A DNA stretch of 64,000 bases from Octopus sinensis (lineage: Eukaryota), in assembly GCF_006345805.1 (NCBI RefSeq), contig NC_043005.1, positions 99,138,001 to 99,202,000 on the forward strand, read 5' to 3'. How positions within the stretch are numbered: position 1 is the first letter of the stretch; each line of letters begins with the position of its first letter. A program made the translations under genes and the position numbers. Below, piece by piece: positions 1-12,682 of the stretch. The notes below the pieces were generated by a model, which was not told the origin of the DNA, made no database searches, and saw only the letters and a program-made list of their open reading frames with translations.

Positions 1-46
1 AAGGTATTTTGTTTGGTGTTCTAATGCTTTTGCCAATTCCCAATCT

Positions 47-328
47 GTGTGTGCATGTGCATATGTTGAATGTTGTGTGTGTGTGTGTGTGTGTGTGTGT
101 ACATATATATATATATATGTGTGTGTGTATGTATGTATGTATATATGTATGTATGTATATATATATGTATATATATATATATGTATGTATGTATATATAT
201 ATGTATATATATATATATGTGTATGTATGTATATATATATGTATGTATGTATATATATATGTATGTATGTATATATATATGTATGTATATATGTATGTAC
301 ATATGTATGTATGTATGTATATATATAG
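47..328. repeat. Compound (TG)n/(TA)n/(TATG)n microsatellite
   Basis: Directly visible; explains the Y/I/V/C/M-only ORFs. Confidence 0.97.
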
Positions 329-655
329 GAGATAGGGGTACGTTACGCCGCAATAATATAAAAGTCGTAAGATGCCCGCTGTTTTTGTCCTGCTTACCAT
401 TCTTGTTTTTTATTTCTATTTTTTGTTTCTTGTATTTATATTCATGTGGCATCCTGTCTGTTTCGTATACATTCGATCCTCTTTCCAAGAAATCTGATGC
501 CTGTGGCTTAGTTCGGAGTGATATCGAGATTAAACAGCCGAAATTGCTAAGATGATCCGGTTCCGACTGAAGATTAGAGGCTTCGAGTGACCCATCTGTT
601 TTTTTTGTGTCGTCTCTTTGTGTGTTTTTGCGTTCTTGTCCCACTTTGTAATTTA
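329..655. repeat. Unclassified dispersed repeat embedded in TA microsatellite
   Basis: Reverse complement aligns by eye to 55685-55915 (shared aatcttcagtc..aaccggatcatctt.gcaatt..ggctg.ttaatct). Confidence 0.75.
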
Positions 656-831
656 TATTTTATATTTAATTTCTATACATATGTATATATATATATGTAT
701 GTATATATATATATGTATGTAATATATATATGTATGTATATATGTATGTATATATATATATATATATGTATGTATATATGTACGTACGTATGTATATATA
801 CACATATATAAATGTATGTATATATATATAT

Positions 832-1197
832 ACTAGCAGTATCGCCCGGCGTTGCTCAGGTTTGTAAGGGAAATAACTATAAAGCATTTTCAGAGAGTTA
901 TAGCCAAAAAATAGCAAAAAAATGGAAAAAAATGATGGTAAATTTTTTTTTTAGTTAAAAAAGGTGGAGTTGCGTCCCCTAGACAGTTTGCGGTTTGTGT
1001 TTCTGATTCTCGACCCCATGTCGAATTTATCGATTTTTTTCAGAACTGGGGGAACTTTTCAAAATTTTCGCTGCGTTAGTTTTGAATTATGACATTGGGC
1101 TATGTGTGTGTCAAGTTTCATCAGAATCGGTTGAAAGCCGTGGTCAGGGTGAGGGTACAAGCAAACAGACACACAGAAAACACACAGACAAACTGCC

Positions 1198-1203
<6 letters not shown>
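832..1203 (+). mobile_element. Non-autonomous Helitron/Helentron-derived element (Lep1/DINE-1-like)
   Basis: Starts ACTAGCAGTATCGCCCGGCGTTGCTC; ends with AAGTTTCATCAGAATCGGTTGAAAGCCG, an ACAG-type repeat and a TA tail, the usual layout of such elements. Confidence 0.65.
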
Positions 1204-1241
<38 letters not shown>

Positions 1242-1252
1242 GTATATATATC

Positions 1253-1520
1253 GTGCCGGTGGCACGTAAAAACACCATCCGATTGTGGCTATTCGGCAGC
1301 CTCGCCTGGCCTCCGTGCCGGTGTCACGTAAAATGCACCATCCGATCATGGCCGTTTGCTAGCCTGGAGTGGTTGGCGTTAGGAAGGGCATCCAACCGTA
1401 GAAACATTGCCAGATCAGACTGGACCTGGTGCAGCCTTCTGGCTTCCCAGACCCCAGTTGCACCGTCCAACCCATGCCAGCATGGAAAACGGACGCTAAA
1501 CGATGATGATGATGATGATG
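1253..1520 (+). mobile_element. RTE LINE 3' UTR fragment
   Basis: GTGCCGGTGGCACGTAAAA units, TTAGGAAGGGCATCCA, CCAACCCATGCCAGCATGGAAAA, (GAT)n tail; homologous to the 3' end of the 49.4 kb RTE. Confidence 0.9.
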
Positions 1521-1680
1521 TATGTATGTATGTATGTATGTATATATATGTATGTATGTATATTTATATGTATGTATGTATGTATATATATGTATGTATG
1601 TATATTTATATGTATGTATGTATGTATATATATGTATGTATGTATATTTATATGTATGTATGTATATATATATATGTATG

Positions 1681-1712
<32 letters not shown>

Positions 1713-1901
1713 TATATGTATGTATATATATATATGTATGTATATATATATATATGTATGTATATATATATATATGTATGTATATATATATGTATGTATA
1801 TATATATATGTATGTATATATATATGTATGTATATATATATATGTATGTATATATATATGTATGTATATATATAAATATGTATATATATATATATATATA
1901 T
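1520..1901. repeat. (TATG)n/(TA)n microsatellite
   Basis: Directly visible. Confidence 0.97.
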
Positions 1902-1941
1902 AGATCAATAAATGGTGGGGTTTATATATATATACATGTAA

Positions 1942-2263
1942 AACTCCGTTGGTTACGACGACAAGGGTTCCAGTTGATTTAATCAACAGAACCCTTAACG
2001 TAGTTCTCGGGGAGATTCAGCATGACACAGAGTGTGACAAGGCTGGCCCTTTGAACTACAGACACAACAGAAACAGGAAGAAAGAGTGGGAGAAAGTTGT
2101 GGTGAAAGAGTACAGCAGGGTTTGCCACCCACCCCCCTACCGGAGCCTCATGGAGCTTTAGGTGTTTTCGCTCAATAAACACTCACAATGCCCGGTCTGG
2201 GTATTGAAACTGTGATCCTACAACCGCAAGTCCATTGGCCTAACCACTGGGCCAGTGTACTTC

Positions 2264-2264
<1 letters not shown>
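1942..2264 (-). mobile_element. tRNA-headed SINE, family A (tail type 1)
   Basis: Minus-strand head TGGCCCAGTGGTTAG (A box) and B-box-like GTTTCAATACC; body shared with 14985, 39425, 42405 and 44112. Confidence 0.85.
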
Positions 2265-2296
<32 letters not shown>

Positions 2297-2864
2297 GAAT
2301 GTACACCAATATACTTTTATGCATACTAATACATAAACACATACATTCCTAAACATACACACATGTATGCAAAATTGCACACATAGCCTCTCTCTCTCTT
2401 TTTCTCTCTCTCTTACTTTCGCTCATTCTCTCTCTTTCTCTCTCTTACTTTCACTCTCTCTCTTTTTCTCTCTCTCTTACTTTCGCTCTCTCTTTTTCTC
2501 TCTCTCTCTTACTTTCGCTCATTCTCTCTCTTACTTTTGTCTCTCTCTCTTACTTTCACTCTCTCTCTTTTTCTCTCTCTGTCTCTCTCTCACCCACACT
2601 CATACACACAGTTGAATGATCTCTTTTAATCCCTCTTGAAGTTATCTCAATAAAATTGAAGAATTCTCTCACATGAAAAGATAAAGCTAACTGAAAGTGG
2701 CTTTGAAGGGCAATGGCAGTAGAAGTTACTAAATATAAACTATTGATGCAGATTGGTGCAACAAAAGTATGAATTCCATCAGTTTAAGAAGAAATAAATA
2801 CAAATGCACTTGTACACTTACACTGCATATGAATGACTTTCTGATCAAAAGAAAGTAATTTATA

Positions 2865-3020
2865 AGTGTGTGTGTGTGTGTATGTACATGTGTGAGTATA
2901 TATATATAAAATATATAAATCTGTATGAATGTATTATATATAGTGTGTGTATGTGTCCTTTGTATGTATATATATATAAATATATAGTGAGAGAGAGAGA
3001 GAGAGCGATAGACATACATA

Positions 3021-3091
<71 letters not shown>

Positions 3092-3172
3092 GTGTGTGTG
3101 TGTGTGGTGTGTATATATATATGTGTGTGTGGTGTGTATATATATGTGTGTGTGTTGTGTGTTATATATATA

Positions 3173-3203
<31 letters not shown>

Positions 3204-3366
3204 GTGAGTATATATATATACAAAATATATAACATAGTCTGTATGTATGTATTATATATAGTTTGTGTATGTGTCCTTTGTATGTGTATATATATATATA
3301 TATATATAGTGAGAGAGAGAGAGCGATAGACATACATACATATATATATATACACAGACATACATA

Positions 3367-3399
<33 letters not shown>

Positions 3400-3459
3400 G
3401 TGTGTGCGTGTGTATATATATATATATACACTCAGACATACATATGTGTTTGTGTATAC

Positions 3460-3499
<40 letters not shown>

Positions 3500-3510
3500 T
3501 ACATACACAT
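2865..3510. repeat. Compound microsatellite containing a locally duplicated ~130-bp block
   Basis: Block gtgagtatatatata...gtgtcctttgtatg...gagcgatagacatacat at about 2892 and 3203. Confidence 0.85.
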
Positions 3511-3592
3511 TGATATTGAACAATAAGAATGAGTGCTCAACACCACATTGGGGGATGAAAATTCTTTATTATGAGTTAAGGCTACTATTGGA

Positions 3593-3808
3593 TAAACCCT
3601 TTCAATACCAGCCTGGCTGAAACCGCTTCTGGCTTTGTAGTACAAATGTCTTGTTTTCATAAATTTTGAATTAAGATCTTCCACGGAACCTTAGTCACAA
3701 TTTTTGTTCCTAAGTAACTAAGTTATTTTACTAAATTTTTTGTTATATTTGAAATTAATTGCAAGACACACAGAGCATCTCAAAATAAATATGGTAACGA
3801 AAGGATTT
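3593..3808 (-). mobile_element. piggyBac-like MITE (decayed copy)
   Basis: Reverse-complement homolog of 59605-59833; decayed TTAACCC-type termini. Confidence 0.7.
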
Positions 3809-4889
3809 GTAGTGTACGACTTGAGGGAAATTCCTCTGTCTCTCTCTGTTATATGTACATAAATATGGACGTAGTAGATAATAGCTAGTCTTTGGCCACC
3901 CTTTTGGACCCTGTTGTGTCCACTACTCTGATTGGTTGGTATTGGCACAATTTGTCTCTTGCTCTATTGCATGCCAAGATGCAACCCAACCACTTGCAGC
4001 CTTCTGATAACATCACATGAGATAGTCTCTTTTAAACTTCAGTTTGCACTGACTGCACCATTTAATACACTAGCTTCATACCGTCTTGATGTCTTTCAGT
4101 TCCAGACCTTTTAAGGTCTAGCCACTGGCCATAGAGCACACAGCCAGTTCCAGTGATGACACAACAGCAGCCACTTATCAACACTCTTCCAACAGCAGAT
4201 GACAATCTCTTTCTTCATCACCTCCATCTTCTTAACGTCATCAACATCGTCTCTCTATGTACACAGCAACCAGCAACACTCGCACAGGTTCTGTCACAAC
4301 ACTGTTTGTGAATTACTTCACCATGGTTAACACCAAATGCAACCTGCAAGAGCCTCCTGTACCAAGTGACCCCGGCAGTAGCATTGTAGCCACAACTTCT
4401 TACATGACATGTACCTCAACCGGCTCTGCTTCTTTGCCACAACTTCTTGATACAGCACAAGTATTGTGTACCTTGACTATGAACTGGTATTTATCATCCT
4501 TGTATCTGAACATTCTTCTAACCTCATATTACAAACTCTTTCAATGCTCTGTACTTAATGCACACACATACACATTATGACAGCCTGTCAATTACTATGC
4601 ATATATGATGCACATACAGACACGCATGCTAACCTATCAATAAAATCTTCTCTTAAACATTCGACCCGGTTGTGTCTCTCTCTTCCTTCTGGCACTTATA
4701 CTCATTTATCCTGTTCATATTTATTGTATCGACCGTGTGATGTGCAAAGGAGTCATTCTTGTCACCTCTCCTTCACACGGTCATTTACAGGTTAAAATAA
4801 TCCAAGATTGAAAGGGACATCAATGTTCCATGTGGCAGGTGTGATAATTCTTAAAGGATTTCTCTCTTAACATGAAAGCAATGGTAGCC

Positions 4890-5104
4890 TTAACCCATGA
4901 AGCAACAGGATATCAAGTAGTAATGCAGTACCACCATTTCATGAGGCTCCATTTAATTGAACAATGCAATCATTCATATTAAATGGAGCCACTTGAAACG
5001 GCCGTACTGCACTACTACTTGATATCCTGTTGCTTATTTTGATTGTATTCACCTTACTTTGAGCTGTGTGGATAATACCGGACTGAATTGGTGCTTCAAC
5101 TTAA
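4890..5104. mobile_element. Probable TTAA-type MITE with internal 58-bp-arm hairpin
   Basis: Starts TTAACCCATGAAGCA, ends TGCTTCAACTTAA; internal inverted repeat 4900-4957 / 4978-5035. Confidence 0.5.
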
Positions 5105-5147
5105 GTACCTAATTCAACTGAATCTTAATTATTTCATAAATATATAT

Positions 5148-5380
5148 GTTTCTTTATTACCCACAAGGGGCTAAACATAGAGGGGACAAACAAAGACAGA
5201 AAAATGGATTAAGTCGATTACATCGACCCCAGTGTGTAACTGGTACTTAATTTATCAACCCCGAAAGGATGAAAGGCAAATTCAACCTTGGTGGAATTTG
5301 AACTCAGAACGTAACGGCAGACGAAATACCACAAAGGATTTCGCCCGTTGTGCTAACGCTTCTGCCAGCTCGCTGCCTTT
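5148..5380 (-). mobile_element. tRNA-headed SINE, family B
   Basis: TGGCAGAAGCGTTAGC head, GAGTTCAAATTCC B box, GCCTTTCATCCTTTCGGGG central domain (MetaSINE-like, from memory); 18-bp TSD TATTTCATAAATATATAT. Confidence 0.9.
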
Positions 5381-5686
5381 TATTTCATAAATATATATAT
5401 ATATACATTTAATATTCATGTATGTTTGTGTGTGGGTATAAATGTATACAGTCATAAAACATAGGTGTAGGTGTGGCCAAAGTGGGTAAGAATTTTGTTT
5501 TGCAATTATTAAGTCCTTCATCTGCTCCCACTTCATAGCGTCTTGAGCAAATTTCTTTTACCATAGTTTCAGACTAATACCAGCGTTGAGAAGTAAATTG
5601 AGTAAACAAATGTTTGGAAGACCACTGGATGGACTCTGACTGCAATTTAAATGGCCATCTTTATCACATGCCATATCATATTTATT

Positions 5687-5850
5687 CATCAACATCATCA
5701 TCATCATCATCATCATTTAACGTCTGTTGTCCATGCTGGCATGGGTTGGACAGTTTGACAGGGTTGCCACACTGGAAGGCTACACCAGACTCCAGTCTGA
5801 TTTGGCATGGTTGACTATGGCTGGATGCTCTTCCTAATGCCAACTACTCA
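5687..5850 (-). mobile_element. RTE 3' tail fragment
   Basis: (CAT)n followed by TTAACGTC..CCATGCTGGCATGGGTTGG. Confidence 0.8.
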
Positions 5851-6164
5851 AAGAGTGTAATCTATTTGAGAATTATTTCAGGGATACTCAGTGAGCAGGT
5901 AGTTTAGTTAATTGAGGTGTTAGTGTGGGTGTATGGTAAGACGTCCCCTCCCCAGCCATATGGTTCTGGATTCAGTATCACTGCATGACATATTGGGCAA
6001 GTGGCCCCTACTATAAGTGCTAGGTTCAATTTGCTTGACTAAAAGTTTTCAAGGTGGGGTCCCAGCATAGTTGCAGTCTAAGGACTCAAATTGGTAAAAG
6101 ATAACTCCTTATCAAAAGCAACAGAGATCCATTTACTTCATTTTTGTACACACACATCTATACC

Positions 6165-6385
6165 TATTTCTTTACTCCCCACAAGGGGCTAAACACAGAG
6201 AGGACAAACAAGGACAGACAAACGGATTAAGCCGATTATATCGACCCCAGTGCGTAACTGGTACTTATTTAATTGACCCCGAAAGGATGAAAGGCAAAGT
6301 CGACCTCGGTGGAATTTGAACTCAGAACGAAATACGGCTACGCATTTCGCCCGGTGTGCTAACGGTTCTGCCAGCACACCGCCTT
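6165..6385 (-). mobile_element. SINE family B
   Basis: Homologous to 5148-5380 and 37861-38094. Confidence 0.9.
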
Positions 6386-7120
6386 ATAAAAATTAACATT
6401 CCCCTGCCTATACGTTCAACACATTTCTACATAGGGTGTGCATATACAGGGAAATGTATCTTTTGCTTGTTTCAGCCATTGGACTGTGCTCATGCTGGAG
6501 CACTGCCTTGATAGGTTTTTATCAAACAAACCAATCTCAGGGCTTCTGCTCTTTGTTTTCTTCTTAATCTGGTACTTATTCTGTTGGTCTCTTTTGCTGA
6601 ATCACTAAGTTATGGTGAAGTGAACAAACCAACACTGATTGGGATGAAATACAAGCACAAAGACTCACACACATAGACATATATGCAATAAGGATTCCAC
6701 ACAGTTTCTGTCTACCAAATTCACTCACAACATATTGACTTGCTCAGGGCTATTATAGAAGACACTTTGCCAAGATGCCAAGCAGTGGGACAGAACTCAA
6801 AACCATGTGGCTGCAAAGCATGCTTCTCAAATACACAGCCATGCCTGCACCTATACTCTTTTACTTGTTTCAGTCATGTGACTGTGGCTATGGTGGAGCA
6901 CCGTCTTTAGTCAAGCAAATCGACCCCAGGACTTCTTCTTTGTAAGCCTAGTACTTATTCTATCGGTCTCTTTTGCCAAACACTAAGTTATGGGGACGTA
7001 AACACACCAGCATCAGTTGTCAAGCGATGTTGGGGGACAAACATATACACACACATATATACATACATACATATATATGTATATATATATATTATATATA
7101 TATGTATGTATATATATATG

Positions 7121-7152
<32 letters not shown>

Positions 7153-7204
7153 GTATATATATGTATATGTATATATATGTATGTATATATATATGTATAT
7201 ATAT

Positions 7205-7257
<53 letters not shown>

Positions 7258-7279
7258 GTATATATATATATGTATATAT

Positions 7280-7734
7280 AAATCGATCAATGGAAATTGC
7301 AGATGTGTTACCAGTGCTGGTGGCTTGTCGAAGCTCTAATTGTGAAGACCTGTTGAGGCAAGTGAGGATCAGAATCGAAATCGATCAATGGAAATTGCAG
7401 ATGTGTTACCAGTGCCGGGGGCATGTAAGAGAACCTTCCGTTTCGCAACCGTTGCCAGCGCCGCCCCGACTGGCCTTGTGCCGGTGGCATGTAAAAAGCA
7501 CCATCCGTTCGTGGCCGTTTGCCAGCTCTGTCTGGCACCTGTGCGAGTGGCACGTAAAAAGCACCCACTACACTCACGGAGTGGTTGGCGTTAGGAAGGG
7601 CATCCAGCCGTAGAAACACTGCCAGATTTGACTGGGCCTGATGAAGCCTTCTGGCTTCACAGACCCCAGTAGAACCGTCCAACCCATGCTAGCATGGAAA
7701 ACGGACGCTAAACGATGATGATGATGATGATGAT
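7280..7734 (+). mobile_element. RTE 3' fragment, copy 1 of a 734-bp tandem duplication
   Basis: RTE tail motifs and (GAT)n; same sequence as 8014-8468 (identical ORF translations at offset 734). Confidence 0.92.
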
Positions 7735-7782
7735 ATATATATGTATGTGTATATATATGTATGTATATATATATACGTATGT

Positions 7783-7850
<68 letters not shown>

Positions 7851-7928
7851 ATATATATGTATATATATATATAATATATATATATATATATGTATGTATA
7901 TATATATGTATATATATGTATGTATATA

Positions 7929-7987
<59 letters not shown>

Positions 7988-8013
7988 ATATATGTATATA
8001 TATATGTATATAT

Positions 8014-8468
8014 AAATCGATCAATGGAAATTGCAGATGTGTTACCAGTGCTGGTGGCTTGTCGAAGCTCTAATTGTGAAGACCTGTTGAGGCAAGTGAG
8101 GATCAGAATCGAAATCGATCAATGGAAATTGCAGATGTGTTACCAGTGCCGGGGGCATGTAAGAGAACCTTCCGTTTCGCAACCGTTGCCAGCGCCGCCC
8201 CGACTGGCCTTGTGCCGGTGGCATGTAAAAAGCACCATCCGTTCGTGGCCGTTTGCCAGCTCTGTCTGGCACCTGTGCGAGTGGCACGTAAAAAGCACCC
8301 ACTACACTCACGGAGTGGTTGGCGTTAGGAAGGGCATCCAGCCGTAGAAACACTGCCAGATTTGACTGGGCCTGATGAAGCCTTCTGGCTTCACAGACCC
8401 CAGTAGAACCGTCCAACCCATGCTAGCATGGAAAACGGACGCTAAACGATGATGATGATGATGATGAT
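8014..8468 (+). mobile_element. RTE 3' fragment, copy 2
   Basis: Same sequence as 7280-7734. Confidence 0.92.
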
Positions 8469-8516
8469 ATATATATGTATGTGTATATATATGTATGTAT
8501 ATATATATACGTATGT

Positions 8517-8582
<66 letters not shown>

Positions 8583-8874
8583 ATATATGTATATATATAT
8601 ATATGTGTATATATGTGTATATATATATGTGTACATATATATACGACGGGCTTCTTTCAGTTTCTGTCTACCAAATCAATTCACAAGGCTTTGGTTGGCC
8701 CGAGGCTATAGTAGAAGACACATGCCCAAGGTGCCACACAGTGGGACTGCACCCAGAACCACGTGGTTTGTAAGCAAGCTACTTACCACACAGCCACTCC
8801 TACGCCTCCACACAGCCACTTTTTTTCAAATATGAATTAGATACAGCTCAAGGGATACAAACAATATTTATTTA

Positions 8875-9101
8875 TTTATTTATTGCCCACAGGGAGCTAA
8901 ACATAGAAGAGGACAAACAAGAGCAGACAAAGGGATTAAGTTGATTACATCAACCCCAGTGCATAACTGGTACTTATTTAATCGACCTTAATGAAAGGCA
9001 AAGTTGAGCTTGGTAAAATTTGAACTCAAACTGTAACGGCCGATGAAATACTGGTCAGCATTTTGCCTGGCATCCTAACGATTCTGCCAGCTTGCTGCCT
9101 T
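8875..9101 (-). mobile_element. SINE family B (older copy)
   Basis: Diverged homolog of 5148-5380. Confidence 0.8.
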
Positions 9102-9195
9102 ACAATATTGAACTCACATACACAAGGTATGTATTTTGCTAGTTCGTGAGTAGGCTGTGCTCTTAGGCATATGATAATATATCCTCTTCAATGCA

Positions 9196-9440
9196 CCTGG
9201 TGTTAAAATACCTGGAAGTCAGTCATATACAAACAAGATAACTCACATCAGGTTCCATTCAGGAGTGATGGTCATCAATGTTTCATCAAAGATGCTAATT
9301 TAGCTTGTGTTGGGACTTGTTCAGGTATGCAGTGTTGATAAGTCACAAAAGTGACAAAACGTCAATGTCAGTTACTCCTGAATGGGACCTGATGTGAATT
9401 ATCTCCCTTGCCTATGATTTCCAAATGTTTTAACAGCAGG
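9196..9440 (+). repeat. Foldback cassette (arms 9196-9288 / 9352-9440) with a decayed minimal hammerhead
   Basis: Arms share caggagt, tcacatcaggt.ccattc and cctg.tgttaaaa; centre reads TTGATAA-GTCAC-AAAA-GTGAC-AAAACGTC. Confidence 0.7.
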
Positions 9441-10044
9441 CACATCGAAGAAAATATATTCTCTTACACTTATCCATGCAGCTGACCCATGACCTAGCAA
9501 AAAGCATACCTTGTGTATGTGTGTTTAATATTGTTTGTTTTGTCATGCAAAAGAACGAGGGTTTATTCTACTCATGAAGAAATACAAGCAGACCAAGCAA
9601 CCACACAAGAACTAACACATATATATCAATCTTAAAACTCAGAGTGATAACAGAGTAATCTCAGTACTATGATAAATACTTTCTACTACAACATTGAGTA
9701 CTTTGTTCTCTTGTCTGTAAACTCAAACGCCTGCATTAAACAGTATAATAGGTAAGTTATACTTCCATTGCTGCACGGTTTTACCATTGTTGATTATTCA
9801 AATGACATGCATTAGTCTGTCTGTGTGTGTTGCAATTTTAAAAAGATTTTTCTTAGATAGCAGTGTGTACATATGGATAAACCAGCACATACACTTGAAT
9901 AATCCACAACAGTGAAGCTACACGGTAACGACAATGCAAAGAATCTATTGTTAAATTGCTTAACAAAGAAATATCCACTTTGCAAAAATACTAAATTCTT
10001 TCTGTTTTATGCAATGGAATCACACTTGATAAAACTTATTGATG

Positions 10045-10390
10045 CAACATTGTGGCACTCACACACTCATACACTCACTCACGTATGCATATGCACACAC
10101 ACACACATTCACTTGCACTTGTGTGCATTCCCTTGTGTACACTTTCTTGCACACACTCATACACACACACGTGTACAGTCACACAGACTTGCACTCACAC
10201 ACACACAAACGTTCACACACACACACTCTTTCTCATTCACACACACAAACATACATAAACACACTCATACACACACGTACACACACTCTTTCTCATTCAT
10301 ACACTCTCTCTCTCTCTCTCTCCCCCCCACACATACATTCATAGACACACTCATACATACACACATACACACTCATACACACACACCTAA
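10045..10390. repeat. Degenerate (CA)n/(CT)n microsatellite
   Basis: Directly visible; part is repeated at about 11020-11105. Confidence 0.9.
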
Positions 10391-10434
10391 ATATTTGTTG
10401 TAAATAGATTACAAAATCTGTTGAGAAATATTTG

Positions 10435-10489
<55 letters not shown>

Positions 10490-11977
10490 AATTAGCTCTT
10501 CTGTGCTATGAGAAGATCATGGTGAACCATTCTCCATATTCATACCATCAAAGAAATGAAGGACAGATTGAGCTAAAAGTTAGCAACCTTTATCATGAAA
10601 CGTACTATAAAAGCTATCGGTCAGTCTGCCTGTCTATTGCTTTGAATGTCTATCAATCGGACACTGTGTCAGTCTGTGTGTCTTGTCTGTCAGTCGGTCT
10701 GTGTGTTTCCTCCATCTGTCAGGTGTATGTCTCTCTGTTGGTCTGTCTATCAATCTGTCTGGACATGCACGTAACATGTCATCTATGCAAATATCAGTCA
10801 CCGTTGTGCAGTGAAGTTGACTGACTGACCTATTCGAGCCATGTGCCAGCACCAAAAATGCTATTGGTGTATTATGTATGTATTTGTGACTACACACTCT
10901 CAGTTGTGTATTTATATGAATGCATTCAAGCAGTTATGCATGTATGAACATTTTGCCTTTCTTTCTCACACACGACAAAACAATAAAACACTCACCAAGA
11001 CACACACACACGTACACACACTCTTTCTCATTCGTACACTCTCTCTCTCCCCCCACACACATACATTCATAGACACACTCATACATACACACATACACAC
11101 TCATGTATTCACTATGTAAATAGAAAACTTGTTAAGCATTGAGTGAAGAAGACATTTGTTACGTTGTTGACAGTTGCTGAAAGTGAGCATAGAATGTATT
11201 TTTGGATGGACTGCACACACACACACACACACACATGCACGCACACACACTTTCGTTCTCATGCACACTCTCACATACGCACTGAAAGTGTGTATATAAT
11301 CACTCACATGCACAGAGAGGTACAGAAATGAACACACTCTGTCAATTACAAAGAGACATTATACACACTTGCGTAGGAACACCAGTTGACAAATTTAAAT
11401 TTAGCAAATCCATTAGCATGAAACTCTTGCAAAACAAAGAACAGATCAAACAAGACCCATTAATGCCAATCCCCTCATAGGCAGCCATCATTTCAGTAAA
11501 ATCCATCACTTCCAAGCTTTTCAAAGAAACCACTCGTGCATTCAGCAAGAACCATCTTGTCTACTGAATAAAGTGAACGACATTTCATTAAATATAATAT
11601 AGTTAAAAGCTAAAAAGCCTTTTTGACTACTTTGTCAGAAAACAACACCTTCAGAGACCATTCTCCACATCCACCTTTACAGACAGACATTCTTACCTGT
11701 CTCGTTAAGTCTCGTTAACCAACACAATTCCATTAGGCAAAGTAAACAGAAAGTAAGATCTTACCAGGTTATTTGTGAGTTAAGGTCACAGCTGTTAACA
11801 AGTCACCACTCTGAAGTTCAAATGCATTCCACTCGACCTTACGTGCATGCCACTCATGTTTACATAAACTCCCCTCAAGTCGACATAGATTCCACTCACT
11901 CTCTCTCTCTCATCCCCCTCCCCCACCAATATCAGCTCACATTCATACATGTGTATCAATAATATATATCTTCATGT

Positions 11978-12190
11978 GGAGGCACGTAGCTTAGTGGTTA
12001 GGGTGTTGGGCTCATAATCATAAGATTCTGGTTTCAATTCCTGGACCAGGTGACGCATTGTGTTTTTGAGCAAAACACTTCATTTCACATTGCTCCACTC
12101 CACTCAGCTGGCAAAAATATGTTATCCTGTGACAGACCATTGCCTTGTCCAGGTGGGGAAATTATGCCATGAAAACCAGGAAGCTGACAT
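11978..12190 (+). mobile_element. tRNA-headed CORE-like SINE, family D
   Basis: GGAGGCACGTAGCTTAGTGG head, GGTTTCAATTCC B box, TGTGTTTTTGAGCAAAACACTT core. Confidence 0.8.
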
Positions 12191-12682
12191 GACTCAAGAC
12201 AGTAAGTTTACCTTACCTTACCTACATATCTTCCTGCTTCATACTCTTACTACTTTCTCTCCTCCTGCCCTAGGAGTTGACTTCTCTGCAGCCCACTCGA
12301 TTGATCATGTTACTCTGAACAGAACATACAGAACAGACCCATTTGTGCTGTTGTCATGATACAATGCACCTGGTACACTCTACAAAGTGGATAGTGAATG
12401 GGCAGAGCCTATGTAGGCTGAGAAGCTCTTTTAGTCCTGACTTGTCAAGAATATGGCGTCTCAAGCATCAGCACCATGATAAAATGCACTTAGCACATGC
12501 TGTAAAGTGTTTGGTATGAGGAAGAGCGCCCAGCCGTAGAAACCAAGCCAAAATAGAGAATATGAGCAAGATGCAGTCCTGCAATCCTTCTAGGAGGATA
12601 GTAACTTCAAATAAGAAATGAATTTTCAGCTGTCATACCCATGCAATTTGGAAAGCGATTTCAAAGATGAGATTTTGGCTGC

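Larger units (their letters stand above)
6855..8803 (-). mobile_element. SINE family C split in its internal TA microsatellite by RTE inserts
   Basis: 5' half at about 8640-8803 (GGAGTGGCTGTGTGGTAAG head, CORE-like ACCTTGGGCATGTGTCTT); 3' half at about 6855-7050. Confidence 0.85.

Noticed and set aside
560-600. CTGAAGA motif in the 329-655 / 55685-55915 repeat as a hammerhead
   Set aside because: Neither copy has GAAA or a convincing stem I/II; left as an unclassified repeat.
9-3684. Many 100-270 aa ORFs rich in Y/I/M/C/V/H/T (also at 7-8, 20-21, 32, 40-41 and 54-56 kb)
   Set aside because: They are translations of TA/TG/TATG microsatellites, which lack stop codons; there is no protein-like composition.
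3809-4533. Possible solo LTR (TGT...ACA)
   Set aside because: No TSD, PBS, PPT or second copy in the window.
11342-11548. 68-aa minus-strand ORF and nearby minus-strand donor-like sites (about 11694, 11760)
   Set aside because: No recognisable domain and no consistent exon chain.
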